NCBI GenBank assembly: GCA_965153455.1
Contig: OZ234494.1
Location: 9,486,001-9,550,000, forward strand
DNA length: 64,000 bases
Source: Sphagnum compactum
Taxonomy: Eukaryota
Reading direction: 5' to 3'
Under the pieces are notes generated by a model. The model was given only the letters and a program-made list of their open reading frames with translations, had not been told where the DNA came from and did no database searches. Of this stretch, positions 51,647-64,000 are shown piece by piece (positions within the stretch are counted from its first letter, which is position 1; each line of letters starts with the position of its first letter). The position numbers and the translations under genes were made by a program.

Positions 51647-53779
51647 TTGGTGCCCCTAGGGAACCCAGTGGCAAGTCAACAAGACCTAAGCACTATCTTG
51701 TAATGAGTCAGCCCCCTCTTGACAAAAACTGAATACAGGGGCCAGAGCCCAAGTTGAGGTCTGCAATCAAAGTGGAAAGAGTGAACACAGGAAGCAAAAG
51801 CTGATCTATCTTGGCCCTGCATTCCCCAACTTGACATCATCATCATCAGGGCAGCCCTTCTTCCCTAAAAACCAATTTTCTTGCAATTGCATCTGCAACT
51901 TTGCCAGGGGGAAGTTGCAGTGTTTAGATGGCACCAACCACCACCATTGGCCTAAGTTTTCTCACTCTGAGTCACTTGATAACTTGAAGACAGACAGACA
52001 GACAGACCACTGCCACCTGCAGAATCAACTCAAATTTCTTTCTGTTTGGACCATAATCAAATAGAGGGGTCTTACAATTTTTAACCCTGCCATATATACT
52101 CAAATGGGTTTTGAATATGGTGCAGTGATTGCTTCTGTGAACTGCGATGAGGTTATTTATATATATATGTGTGCAAAGGACCCAGCCCTGCGGTTTGATG
52201 TCTGAGAAACGCATTGCACTAGAGCAGCAAAAAGGCCAGGATTGTGTTCTGCAATTGCACCATGGTTTTTGTACAATTGTTTTCTTCCCCTTACAATTTG
52301 TACACCCTATTTAGGTTTTTATCACAATTGACGATGTCTGTTGTACCAGATGGTAAAAGCTAAAAACCTTAAATTTTGGCTTTTTTTTTTCGGGGCGAAA
52401 GTTTTGTGAAAAAAAATGGCAGTGTGAATCCTACAAAGTCACCATATTTTGATGAAAAAGGAAACAGGAATTTTGGTATGTAGAAAATAACTTCATTGCC
52501 AACCCATACCACAGAGCCTAATTTTTTTCTAGTTGATCAACAATTTGTTTGTTCTGATTTATCATGTGACGAGTATCCTCATATCACAATTTGCACGTAC
52601 CGTAATCAGAATTTTAAACCTTGTTTTTCACACAATCTAACAACACTAAGGTCTCGGAAGATTATGTCATTTTCTTGACCACATTTACATGACATAATCT
52701 TCCAATGATGAAGTGACCAAAATCTCTCTTGAACATGAATGTTTAAAAGAATTGTTGAATCTGCCACTCCAGACCTTAATGTCAGGAAATGGTCTCACCC
52801 TTGCCCATTATGTTGGGTGGGTCACCAACCCCAGCCTAATGGGCTCACCTAGTGCATCACCCAACATAATGGGCAGGGGCTTGAATAGTCCTTACTATAT
52901 GATCTAAACATTTTCCATAGTACATAGTCTAAACATTCAAGGAAAATGTGTACGTAAAATGGGCTTTTTGTAAGATGCACTTTCATGTGTGTGAACTTTC
53001 CCATTAACATTATAATATATTGGGCATATTTATAAAAATTTCCAGGTCAATTATTAATAGTTAATCATGTAGCAAAATCATGAAGAAAGAAAATCTAACC
53101 AGGGCTTTGCTATGTTGCACATTACCAGTCACAATGTTGTCATAATTGTAGGTAAATTTCATTTGAGATTGCTAAAAAGTTTATTTTGAAATATGTAATA
53201 TAATGATTAATTGATTGTGAATAAACTTTGATTTTAACTTATGCAAATTTTCAAAGTCCTTTTTGGTATACCTAAACATTAACCCTCAAACAATCGCCCC
53301 TATATTCTATTAATTGCACATAAGCAAAAATTAGCACTTGTTCAACCAAGACATTAATGAATAATTTAATAAGTTAAATTATCAATTAAAAAAATTATGA
53401 TGGAAACTAAATGTGATCTACATATTTCCATTAAAGCTCATGCCATGCATTTCAAAAGAAACTAACTCATTTTCATCAATTTCACAACATTCAAAGGAAA
53501 AAAATAAAAAGAGATTTAATTAATTGTTTTACTAGAACTTCATGTCATACACTTCATATCTTGAATTTGAGATTTTTGGTAAATATGTTCTAGAAAATTC
53601 ATTTGTATTATTTAAAAGCTTTACACAAATAGAAATTTACTTGCAAGAAAATTCAAATATTCGAAATTGTACCCTTATGGTTTTTAAGACCAACAAAATA
53701 ATATTTTGGCAAAAGATGGAAATGAATTTGAAGGACAAAAGGGGATGACACCATTGGAGGTAATTATGCTAGCATCTAG

Positions 53780-55050
53780 CAAATTTACCACCTCGATTAA
53801 ATGTAAATGTCCCAATTTACAACAAATCTTGTTTTGCAGCTAGCAAAATATCTTCCCCCCCATCAATCACTCCCTCTATGAAATTGTAACACACCAGGGT
53901 TACCAACTAAAGCTTTTGGTCTTTTCATGCTCCCATTTTCGCCTTTTGTTACCATTGAGGTTCGCATTCTCCCATTACCTTCAATGGTAATCAAATTAAT
54001 ACCTGAATCATGGGATACCTTTGCATCCCGCAACCTCGGACAACTAGAAATATCGAATAGTTGAGTCTAATGAACTAATTTTCATTACTATGAAGGTAAC
54101 AATATAGGGTATTCCAAGCATTATGAGAATCTTCAAATCCTTGATCAACCCTTTTGGCTTCGTGGTAGTTTGATTCATTATTTCCACAACTTGTAAAATG
54201 CTAGTGTTGACTAGGATAATCCAAGTTTGTAATGTAACTCCTCTATAAATGAACCACCATCCAATAAGATGTCATCCACAATCTTCTTACCAACCTGAAC
54301 TTGGATTCCCACCATGTGGAGGTCAATTGCCATTGCTGCAAATATGGAAATACATGTGGGCTTTGTTACCTCTTCCTTAGGTGGTGAGCTAATTTTGGCT
54401 TTGAAATAGGCCTCCAAGTCTAGGGCCAATTGCAACAATTGCCCCATAGTTTCTGTAAATTTGTTGTCCATGAGCTAGTTACCAAGGTCAAACACCTTGG
54501 GTATTACTAAATTTAGTTTAGTTTGTATTGCCTTGGTTGAAAAATTTACAATAGGTGGTAATTCCATCTGTTCAGATAAACAAGTTTGATCAAAGACAAT
54601 AATTACCTATCATAATCTGCAAAATTTATCCTCTTCTTGCCAATCTTGAGGTTTTCTTTCTCGAAAGGTTACCTCCTTTAGAGTTTTACTACTAGTGGTA
54701 AGTGCCAAGACCATATTAGTAGAAGCCTCATCCCATTTTTCCATTGGCTTTTGTGCTTGTCTTTTCTCTCAAAGATTTTTTTTTCAGAAAAGTGCATGGG
54801 TATCCCTTCACTAAGGACATTTGATAGCCCAACAGCCCAACAATCCTTTTGGCCACAAATGTGACAAGAGTATTGGTTGGTGGTACCTTTTTTTCTCTTA
54901 TTTACTGCCTTTCAAGATGATTGGTGGGTTTGTTGAATGGTTACCCCATTGAACTCTATCTTGTGGTTATTTTGCAATTTATTATTTGGGTTATTAGGAT
55001 TCCAATAGCAATGCTTTGGTGGGTGTTTGGTTGGTTTTCTGACAATACTG
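53780..55050 (-). mobile_element. Decayed Ty3/Gypsy-like LTR retrotransposon fragment (gag zinc knuckle + aspartic protease)
   Basis: The minus strand encodes IQVQVGKKIVDDILLDGGS (protease D-G-G-S motif; ORF 54211-54471) and a degenerate knuckle YSCHICGQKDCW near 54870. Many stops; no LTRs identified. Confidence 0.6.
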
Positions 55051-55599
55051 ACCCACTATTTCCCCTTATTTATTATTGTAGTGACGTTAGCTTGTGACCA
55101 TGAACATGTGAGTTTGGAAGAATCTTCTGATGGAATATTTATCGTTTTAGAGATAAAATATTTCATGAATATTTTTTTCACATCATTGAAATATTTTCTG
55201 ACACGGAAGAGTCTATTGTCACATTGCATATGTACATAAATTTGTAATTGAACAACAATTTTCAAACCTTGTGATGAATACTAGTGGGGATGTAGGTGGG
55301 ATGATGTTTATTTCTGGCTTAGAATATTTTATAAATTTTAACTTACATCAAATAATTTTAAGTTAATATTGAGTGTTGAAAAGCTTCACTTTCAAAAATC
55401 AACGATATAAACAAGAAGCATTCTCTTATCTCCACTTTCATGAACACAACCAAAAGAATGAACATAACACAATTTTTTTCACATGTAATGCATTTTTCAT
55501 GTGGACACATTATAACAAGTTTGTCATTTTGAAAAATGTTTTAGACCCTAGAAAGGACAAGACTCTACTTGCTTAACATGACTAATTTAGCATTGGATT

Positions 55600-58500
55600 T
55601 CGTTCTAATTCTAATTCGAATGATGAATGAACTCTTCCAACTACTCGCAATACATCACATGTTGTAAAATGTAATAAATGTGCTTACATTGCATCCATTT
55701 CTCCCGCCCCCTAGCTAGCAAGTTTGCCATCATTGTGACCAAATCCATACAATTGCAAGATGGGCAATCTCCAATTATAATTTAATATGATTTTTTATTT
55801 TGACCTACACTAGAGGTGATGTTATAAATGAGTTCATAACTTGATGGAGGAACCTCTATGGGTGGAAAAAAATAGCATTTAAAGCATCTATGGCCTCCAC
55901 CTATTTTCATGTTCTTTTAAAAGCTTGGATAGAAAGGTGCTAGATAGCTTTGTTGTTTTGAATTTTTGGCCAAACATTTGGATCCAAAGGTTTGTGCAAA
56001 TGGACAAATCTTTCATCGCCAAATAGATTTTGAAGACATTTTACAACCTCAAAAATAAAAAAACCAGCTTCTTCTATTTTCATCGAATATTGAATGAGAT
56101 CAATTCATTCGTTGACATGCCATATTCCAGGCATAAAAGGCCTATCAAACACATATTTCTTCCCACATAATGGTTTAAATACTCATGAAAAAATCAGATT
56201 TTGTGTGATTCTCAAAAACCATCTCTAAAATTATTTCACCAACCATTATAACATGGAACACACACCAATAGTTGTTTTCGATGATAGAATTTTCACCTTG
56301 CACTCATGGTCCGTGTCTTTTATGCAAAACACTACACTGAAACTTAAGAGTTGGACAACATTCAATACACCACACACCATGTCCACAGGTACTTTCACAA
56401 CTTCACCACCATTGTGCATGATGACTAAAATCTCATGCAATGGGTTCCAACAATGGGAAAAATACCCTTCACGTGTTCCAACAGTGATGCTAATGGAAAT
56501 TGTGTCAACTCGCAAATAAGAGAAATTAACATGGTCATGTTTGTGCAAATCCCCTTCTGACTTGGGGGGGAGATTTGCACCTTGTTTGCAAGATCCAAAA
56601 ACCTCTTCACCCTCCAAATGTGACATCCTTGATGCATAAAAACAACCTAGTGCATATTTTGCAATAATTATAGTTGTAGCCTAACAAGGGGTCTCCATAT
56701 TCACTAACTTTACACATATGAAATTCATTCCTATTCAAACATTTTCCCAACAAACCACCATTCAAATATGCTTGGTATAATGAACTTTGCTTGAAAATTT
56801 GCATATAGTAATTAGAAATTACAACGTAGAAATAAACACCCTTTTTTTATATTGTTGGAGGGTTAAAACATAGTTGGGGTACCCAAAAGGACTATCTCAT
56901 TTTATATTCACTGGACTCCTTCACTTAAACATGCTGAAAATCTAATGACACATTCATATTGAAATTAATTTTATTTGTAGATAGATACATTACAAAGGTA
57001 CTATTCTATCCATAGAATGTGAAATTTGAACAAGTTTGGATTCCTACCAAGTCCTTGAAACAACCCAAAACTTTGTCTCATGAGAAAAAAAAAGTTCAAA
57101 GACTCATAAAGAATGTTTAAACAACTTTTTTTTTTGTCAATATTTTTACCACAAACACCTTATGTGCTATTGTGTATAAAATTTATGAATTTCACAAGAA
57201 CCAAATGCCCTATTGTAATATAATTCAAAAAGTCAAACTTATGAGAGTTTTGGGCCATTGATAAACATGGCCCACAAAATTTTATAATTATCACTTTCAT
57301 AAGTGAAAAAAATAGAAACTTTAAAGGTTTATATAAAATTTGGAACAAAATTATTTCATTTGACATGAGAAAATGGGTGAAATGTAAGATAGCTTATGGG
57401 AAAAATGAAGAAAAAAGTGAATTTGGGAGTCCTTGGACTGAATCTTTAAGGTTAAAATGTGGTACCCCAATCATGCTTGGACCCTGGAGCCAAACATTAT
57501 GGACCATTTCAAATAAATTACACGCTAGTATGTTAGCAACCTCCTCCATTTTGAACTTTTGTAAAGAAGTAAAATGAACAACATAAGCATGACATGACAA
57601 ACAAGATGACAAACACAAATGAAATGAAACTGAAGAAAAAATGGATGGAAAACTACATCTGGCATGAATCCTCCTCATTGTTTGACACATAATTGTCAAA
57701 ACCCCAACCAATTATTTAGTTCATGGATTGCACTTTCAATGGCAACCCCCAATGAATTCCATCAACTTCAAATTGCAACATAACATACATTCACCTCTTC
57801 CAAAGAAGTAGAATTCTTGTACTCATGGCACAATGCCTTATATTGCTTTTGGAATGGCAATGTGATTAACTATTTGGTGTGTCTATGAAGTGATAGGGTC
57901 CAATGAAACACGCGAATTCCTTCCCAACTTTACAGATGATGGGGTTTATTAACCCATAAAAACAATTTTAATAACTTTCTAGTTCACTTACACACCATTT
58001 GCCATGAACACTTTGAAGTTGATATTAAAAAGGTTATGTTTAAACATAACCTTGTTCATCCTTTTCCACAAAATGCATTGAGCTTTAGTTGACTCTGATT
58101 GCATGTTGTGGAGAATAATGGTCGAAACATTACAATACGCAAGGTTGTAAATATGGCATGCCATGGTGGTCCCTCTTGCTACATGTTTGGAATGATCAAA
58201 CATATTCCAATCATTTTCCAAATCACCACTAAATTGCATTCGTTAAACTAAATCGACATTTTTAGCGACACCATCAATTGACATATTAAAGGAACATCTT
58301 TTAATCTAACAATTGTCCAAGAAAACAATTGTTTTGAATGTAATCATAACAATTTTTGGACCTAAACAAAAAAATGTTGTTAATATATCCTTTATTGGTA
58401 GGAAGGTGTTTAAATGATGCAACAAGATTATGAATGTTGAGAGAACACAAGGGTGCAAAGTTGTCCATCACCTTGTTCAATTGTTTAGCTTTCAAAAGCT

Positions 58501-59400
58501 CATTAAGGTCATTGCCATCCTAATTGAATAGGTGATGGGATAAGAAAAAACTAAATGCAAACAATCTAATTGCATAATTCTTTGTGTTAGGTCATGTGCG
58601 ATAGACCTCATCTTCAACCAATGCCTTGATCTCCTCCAATCCATCCTTACACATGTCGTCTTGAACAAGATGATCATGCCTTCTAAAATGAATCATTGCC
58701 TTTGTATGAATTGGACAACATAATATATTCTACACTTATATTCATCAACGTAAAAATGCACACCAACACAAAATTTGTAAATAGGTGTGCACATAGGAGG
58801 ACTAGGGCAAAATGACTTGCAATAAGAACCTATGTGGAGTCACCTACCCAAGCGGCTTCATTCCGAAGACTCCAAACTCAACACAAAAGTCATTTTGACA
58901 TTGGAAGTGGCCCAAACATCTACTACTACAAAAACCCAAACTAAAGTTGTTCTTGATGTTTGTTGTCTTGAATTTTCACTAAGCATGGCCATCATGCTTC
59001 CAATCCATGCCTTGCATTTGTTCAAAATGTTTTACTGGCTATTGCAAGGGCATGAGTTCAAACCAAATATCACCATTGAATTTGGTTAAAAGGAAAGGGA
59101 CCTTTTGAATGAAAATGATGTCATAATTCACAATTTTCAACTTGTTTGAAACATTCAAGGTGAAGGACATCTCCTTCAGGAAGTTGATGACAATGGACAA
59201 CTGGGAAGTATTGAAAATAATGAAATTAACACTGAAGATAGAAACAAAAAAACAAGTGGCAAAGCAAGAAGCATAAAAACAGGTTTCAATGAGAGAGGTA
59301 ATGTCTTGTCTCCATTAGAGGAGTCACACAAATCAATGAATGTTGAGGTCAACAAAAGGTCATCACTCACATTTTATCAAACAATTCTTTCTTGAGAAGG
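55600..59400 (-). mobile_element. Decayed Mutator (MULE)-like transposase-bearing element
   Basis: The minus strand gives MFDHSKHVARGTTMACHIYNLAYCNVSTIILHNMQSESTKAQCILWKRMNKVMFKHNLFNINFKVFMANG (57988-58239), then FHWTLSL near 57900. This resembles recalled moss MULE-type transposases. Heavily frameshifted; boundaries approximate. Confidence 0.5.
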
Positions 59401-61094
59401 AAAGGGAAGAGGGTATTATTTGCCACAAATACTGTAATTTGGTGTAACAATGGTGTCTTGTGAGCTTTTGAGAAATTGGTCCCCAATTGTTTTATATCTA
59501 TTTGTAATGACCAACTAATAGAAATCATGAATTCCAAATAGAGGAAATTGATAAATCCCATTTGTGATTTTATAGTTACCATCACATTTGACGTCCATAG
59601 AGATGTGAATGGAACCAAGGAGAAAATCCAACATTGCACAAAACCATTTTTTAGTCACTTGCATAGATTTGGATTCATTGCACATAGTAATTAGAACTCA
59701 CTTTTTGTTTGCATGTAAACTGCCATCAAATACAGCCAAAAGTAATGGAACAAAACAAATGAAATTATTATTTAAAACATATGTATACAAATGCATGGGT
59801 AATATCAAAGCCTGATGAGAAAAAAATAGATCCTAGAACTTTTCTGGTTTAACCAACCAAAGTTATGAATGTTTTGAAGTTCATACAAGTTAGGAAATTT
59901 TTAAACAACGAATGAAACAAAATGAGGAAAAAAAATGAGATAGAAAGGGGGGGGGAGGAGGAAGGTTTGTTCCAAATGTCAAATCCAATTGTGCAATACA
60001 TAAACATATATCTTTGAATAGAAGTAATGATATGGATGATTACAAAATGGATCGAGTGTTGGCAATTGCAATGAATGTTTCTAGTCATGTATAAACCACA
60101 TTGATATCATTAATGGTAATTATGCAAAAATTATTTCACATGAAAGGAGGATTCACTAGAGGGGGAGGAATACTAGTGGAAATGTGATCAATCACCTTTA
60201 GAAGAATGTGCCACATGGTTTGGTTCTAATCAATGGGTGTTGGGAAAGAATTGACAAAATTGGGAAATGTACAGAAGGATTCAAAGGTATTTTGATTGAA
60301 TAAATGAATTGGTAAAAAGTTTTGCAATGAGGTTATACACAAGGTAATTGTTTGTTCTTTAGATTCCAAAGCAGCTTTTTTTTTACTAGCGAAATTTTGT
60401 CAAAATGTGAAATACAAAATTCAAGATTTAAAAAAAAAGTGATTTTGAAGGTTTTCAATTGTCAAAAGTGAGAAAAGGGTAAATATTGCTTGATTTATAT
60501 ATTTGGTTTTTTGTGTAGCCAAAAATATAAAAGGATGATTCAATATTCATACTTTATTTATGATTTATAGCCATATTTGGTTAAATATTCCTTGTAATGA
60601 TTTTCATTTTTTCTGTATCTTCCTATGGATGATAGCCACTTTTGTTATAAACAAAAGTTCCCAAAAGAAACATTGTTCTAGAGTGGAGTTTGGATCCTTG
60701 TAATGCCAAAATCATGTGTCTATTGATAACATTATAATTGTCTTCCTATTGCTTCTAGAAATGTGTCAGAATCGTGACATAAATTTTTATACACTTTCTC
60801 TTCACATCCATGCATCTCAACTGCATTGTTTTGAACTACTTACTAATCATGCAATTTTTTTTCCTGAGGAGTACACCTTGACTGAAAGCTACCAAAGCTT
60901 ACTTTCTGGGGAAAGCATCCTTGGGAAGACCAACCAGGAACCAACTTGTTAAAATTACAAGAAAGTTGGACTCAATTTAAGATATTAAATTCTTTCTACT
61001 TATATATTTGTTTTTTGGATTGCACCATATGGGTTATGTTTTTTCCACTTATACACACATTATGAAAAATTATAAACACTTGAAACACTTGAAA

Positions 61095-64000
61095 ACCGCG
61101 CAGCAGGCGCTCAAGTCGTAGCTGTGGCCGCTGTTCAAGGAGGCCAAGGCGGCAGGCAAGCGCGCCTTCTGGCGTGTAGTTGAGCTCTTCATCAACGGCA
61201 CTCGGATTTGCCCACCCTCCTCTATCTAAGGCCACGGGGCCCAGAGAGACCTATGCATGGTATTATGGAACATGCACGGGGGTGGTGTAAATAAACTGGA
61301 AACATGAGTGCAAATATTAGAGTTATTTCATGATGCTGACCTAGTCTTATTAACCGAAACTTGACATTTCCCAGGCCAACATTTGCCACACATTGAAGGG
61401 TTTAATTCACTTGCGGTAGCGTGCACTATGCAGCCGAGAAGAACAAAAGCGATAAAACATAACGGGGGGGTTGTTGCTTACTTTTGTAGCCACCTCGGCC
61501 CAAACCTGTCATAGTGGAAGGAAGGAAGCCACGATTCTTATCTATGGCTATGGGTCAGCAGGGGTGTTGCCCCTGACTTGTATGTCTACGTGGTGTATGT
61601 TGCCCCTGTTGGCTCCAAACACAAGAGCGAATCCTTGTTCCAAAACCTGGCAGCAAATATTGTTGAAGTTCAAACTCTAGGGGGCATAGTATTATTGGGA
61701 GGGGATTTTAATGCGCGAACTGCAACGTTACTAGATACCATTGACACTAGCGACTTTTGTGAATTGTTACAAGCGCCTGAGCTCGCTAAGACTGAGCAAT
61801 CAAGTGCTGTGGCTAAGTGACAGAACCGCGACGCTAGTGTTGGCGGTTGGGGCCGCGAGCTCTTGGATTTATGTTGTGACGCTGGGTTGCTCATCCTCAA
61901 CGGTCGGACACCTGGCGACGAATCAGGGGAGTTCACTTGCTTGGCAAATGGGGGGCGTAGCACTGTCGATTATATTGTTGGCTCACCTGCAATTTGGCAA
62001 GCTGCTACACAGTTCGAGGTGATAATAGACGACACCTGCTATTGCGCGATGGGGGGAAACTCTGACCACAGGCTGTTACGCCTATTGTTGAACATCGATT
62101 GTAACTTTGTTGAGCCACAACACACAGTTGTAACAAATTTTTTTTAACCTAGGTTCAAATATGATAAATCAAAAGCTGAAGAGTATCAACTTGCCCTAAC
62201 AACAAATCTTGGAAACCTATGGGTTGTTGACTCAATCGGGCATTTGGGGGCAAACGGGTTAGCTGACCTACTACAGCAGTGCGTGGGTGCTGCAGCAGAG
62301 TCTATTTCTGGCAACAAGCCTTCGGGAGGAAACTGCAAAGCGCGACATTGCTATAAACCCTGGTTTGATGCTGACTGCCGTATAGCGAAGCGTGAGCTGA
62401 GGTTCTGGCTGAAAGCCAACCCCGATTCACATGCCGTTAAACATCAGGCAAGTAAACTCAAAAATTTATTAAAAAATAAAAGAATTTTCTGGGAAACTTC
62501 AAGAGCTCAACATATGTGTACGCTTGCCAAGGTGGATGCACTCTCGTTCTGGAAAAAGTACCGGCCAAGGGCACCCATTGTGGAAAAAATTAGTGTAGCT
62601 ACGCTTTTGGAAGGCTTTCGCGGGCTAGTTGGCCAGTCTCCGCCACCCATACGGCTGCGAATTGATCACTCAGCCCAGGTGACGGAACCTCCACCTGGCC
62701 ACACCCTAAACACAAATATCACACTTGCTGAACTGCTTCAGGTGCTGAAGAAACTACAAAGGAATAAGGCTGTTGGTTTGGATGGTATGAAAGCTGAGTT
62801 CATTTTGGATGCGGGAGAGCTGCTACACATGCCACTATTGACAACGTTCAACTGCTTTCTGGCGGAAGGCTTTCTAGAAGGCCTTTCCACTGGGGTGGTC
62901 CACGCGCTCTTTAAAGGGGGCGATGCCTCCAAATTTGACAACTACAGGGGGATAACTATTGGGCCTATCCTAGCAAAGTTGTTCGCTATGATCTTTGACA
63001 AAAGGCTGAGCGAGTGGGCTGAACAACATGGGCTGCGTGCCAAGGGTCAAGCTGGGTTTTGCAAAGATTACCTCACTACTGACCAACTCTTCATACTGCG
63101 AATTCTGATAGAACAGAGCAAGGCAAAAAAGAAGCCACTTTATTGTTGCTTTGTGGACTTCAAAAATGCGTTCGATACTGTGTCGTGTGAAGTGTTGTGG
63201 GAGGTGTTGGCTAGCCTCGGGGTGGAGGGACGCTTCTTATGATGCCTACAGGCAATGTATACCAAGGATACTGTATGCATCAACCACCCAAGCGAAGGTG
63301 TCACCTCCAGCTTCAGGTGCCAATAAGGTGTGAAGCAAGGTTGCCCTCTCAGCCCCCTACAGTTTGGGCTATATTTGGATGCCTTGGAGGGGCGCTTGGA
63401 CGGCAGAGAATGCGATGCACCGACCCTAGTAAACGTGCGTGTATGGTTGTTGCTTTTTGCAGATGACCTTGCTTTGACGTCGAAGTCAGAGGTGGGATTG
63501 CAGCACTAATTAAACGCGTTCCAGTAGTTCTGTGCTGAACGTGGACCTACAGTGAACGTGCAAAAAAAAAAAGTCATGGTGTTCAACTTTGCTGACCCAT
63601 GCCAAGAGTTTGTGTTTGAAGGTGATGCTATTGAGTATGTGCAGACCTTCAAATACTTGGGGATCCTGCTCGAGACCACCTTGAACCTGGACAGTGTAGT
63701 GGAACATCGAACAGCTGCCAGTAGGCGCTCGCCGTTCGCATTGAACCGCTGTTGTGCGGAGCTACGTATTATGGACGTCCAGTTATGCTGTGACCTCTTC
63801 AACACGTTGGTGCGTTCCACAACAGGTTATGCCTGTGAGGTTTGGGTGGATTCCAAGAAAATAGAGGCTATTGAAGTAATGTACCGAGGGTTCCTCAAGT
63901 CCTTGCTTAGGATGCGAAAAACAACTAGCACATCCATCGTGCTGGCAGAATTTGGCAAATTCCCCTTTGAACACTTTGCATGGGGACAAGCGCTGTTGTA
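61095..64000 (+). mobile_element. Decayed, 5'-truncated non-LTR retrotransposon (LINE; ORF1 tail + APE endonuclease + reverse transcriptase), runs off the window
   Basis: Endonuclease motifs LWNMHG (~61262), LVLLTET, LLGGDFNART, STVDY, SDH. RT motifs KAVGLDG, NYRGIT, QAGF, FVDFKNAFD, GVKQGCPLSP, LFADD, FKYLG. Stops at 61818-20, 63240-42 and 63324-26, and frameshifts at homopolymers (~62140, ~63565). GC content is markedly higher than the flanks. Confidence 0.93.

Overview
Land-plant nuclear DNA, not prokaryotic: AT-rich, repeat-laden intergenic sequence with GT-AG spliced genes. A bryophyte such as Sphagnum is my inference from gene and repeat style only. Four intact + strand genes were assembled by hand: EXO70 (2 exons, 722 aa), DIM2/TXNL4B-type thioredoxin-like spliceosomal protein (4 exons, 151 aa), MBF1 (4 exons, 143 aa) and a DHHC protein S-acyltransferase (9 exons, 829 aa). 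The left end holds a disabled minus-strand chimera that the ORF track does not show: five exons of a CWC27/CYP57 cyclophilin run directly into an At5g65250-like gene, with a composite Helitron-like insert in the cyclophilin's upstream intron. The rest is transposon debris: Helitron-like elements, a long-TIR foldback element, Gypsy gag/protease and MULE remnants, and a decayed LINE running off the right end. The most intriguing unexplained signals are regulatory: ~115-135-bp tandem arrays upstream of EXO70 and PAT, a stop/start-coupled uORF chain before EXO70, a Cys-pair-rich overlapping uORF on the PAT gene, and a G:U-rich 75-nt hairpin. No CRISPR, tRNA or rRNA was found. Family assignments rest on recalled motifs, not database searches.
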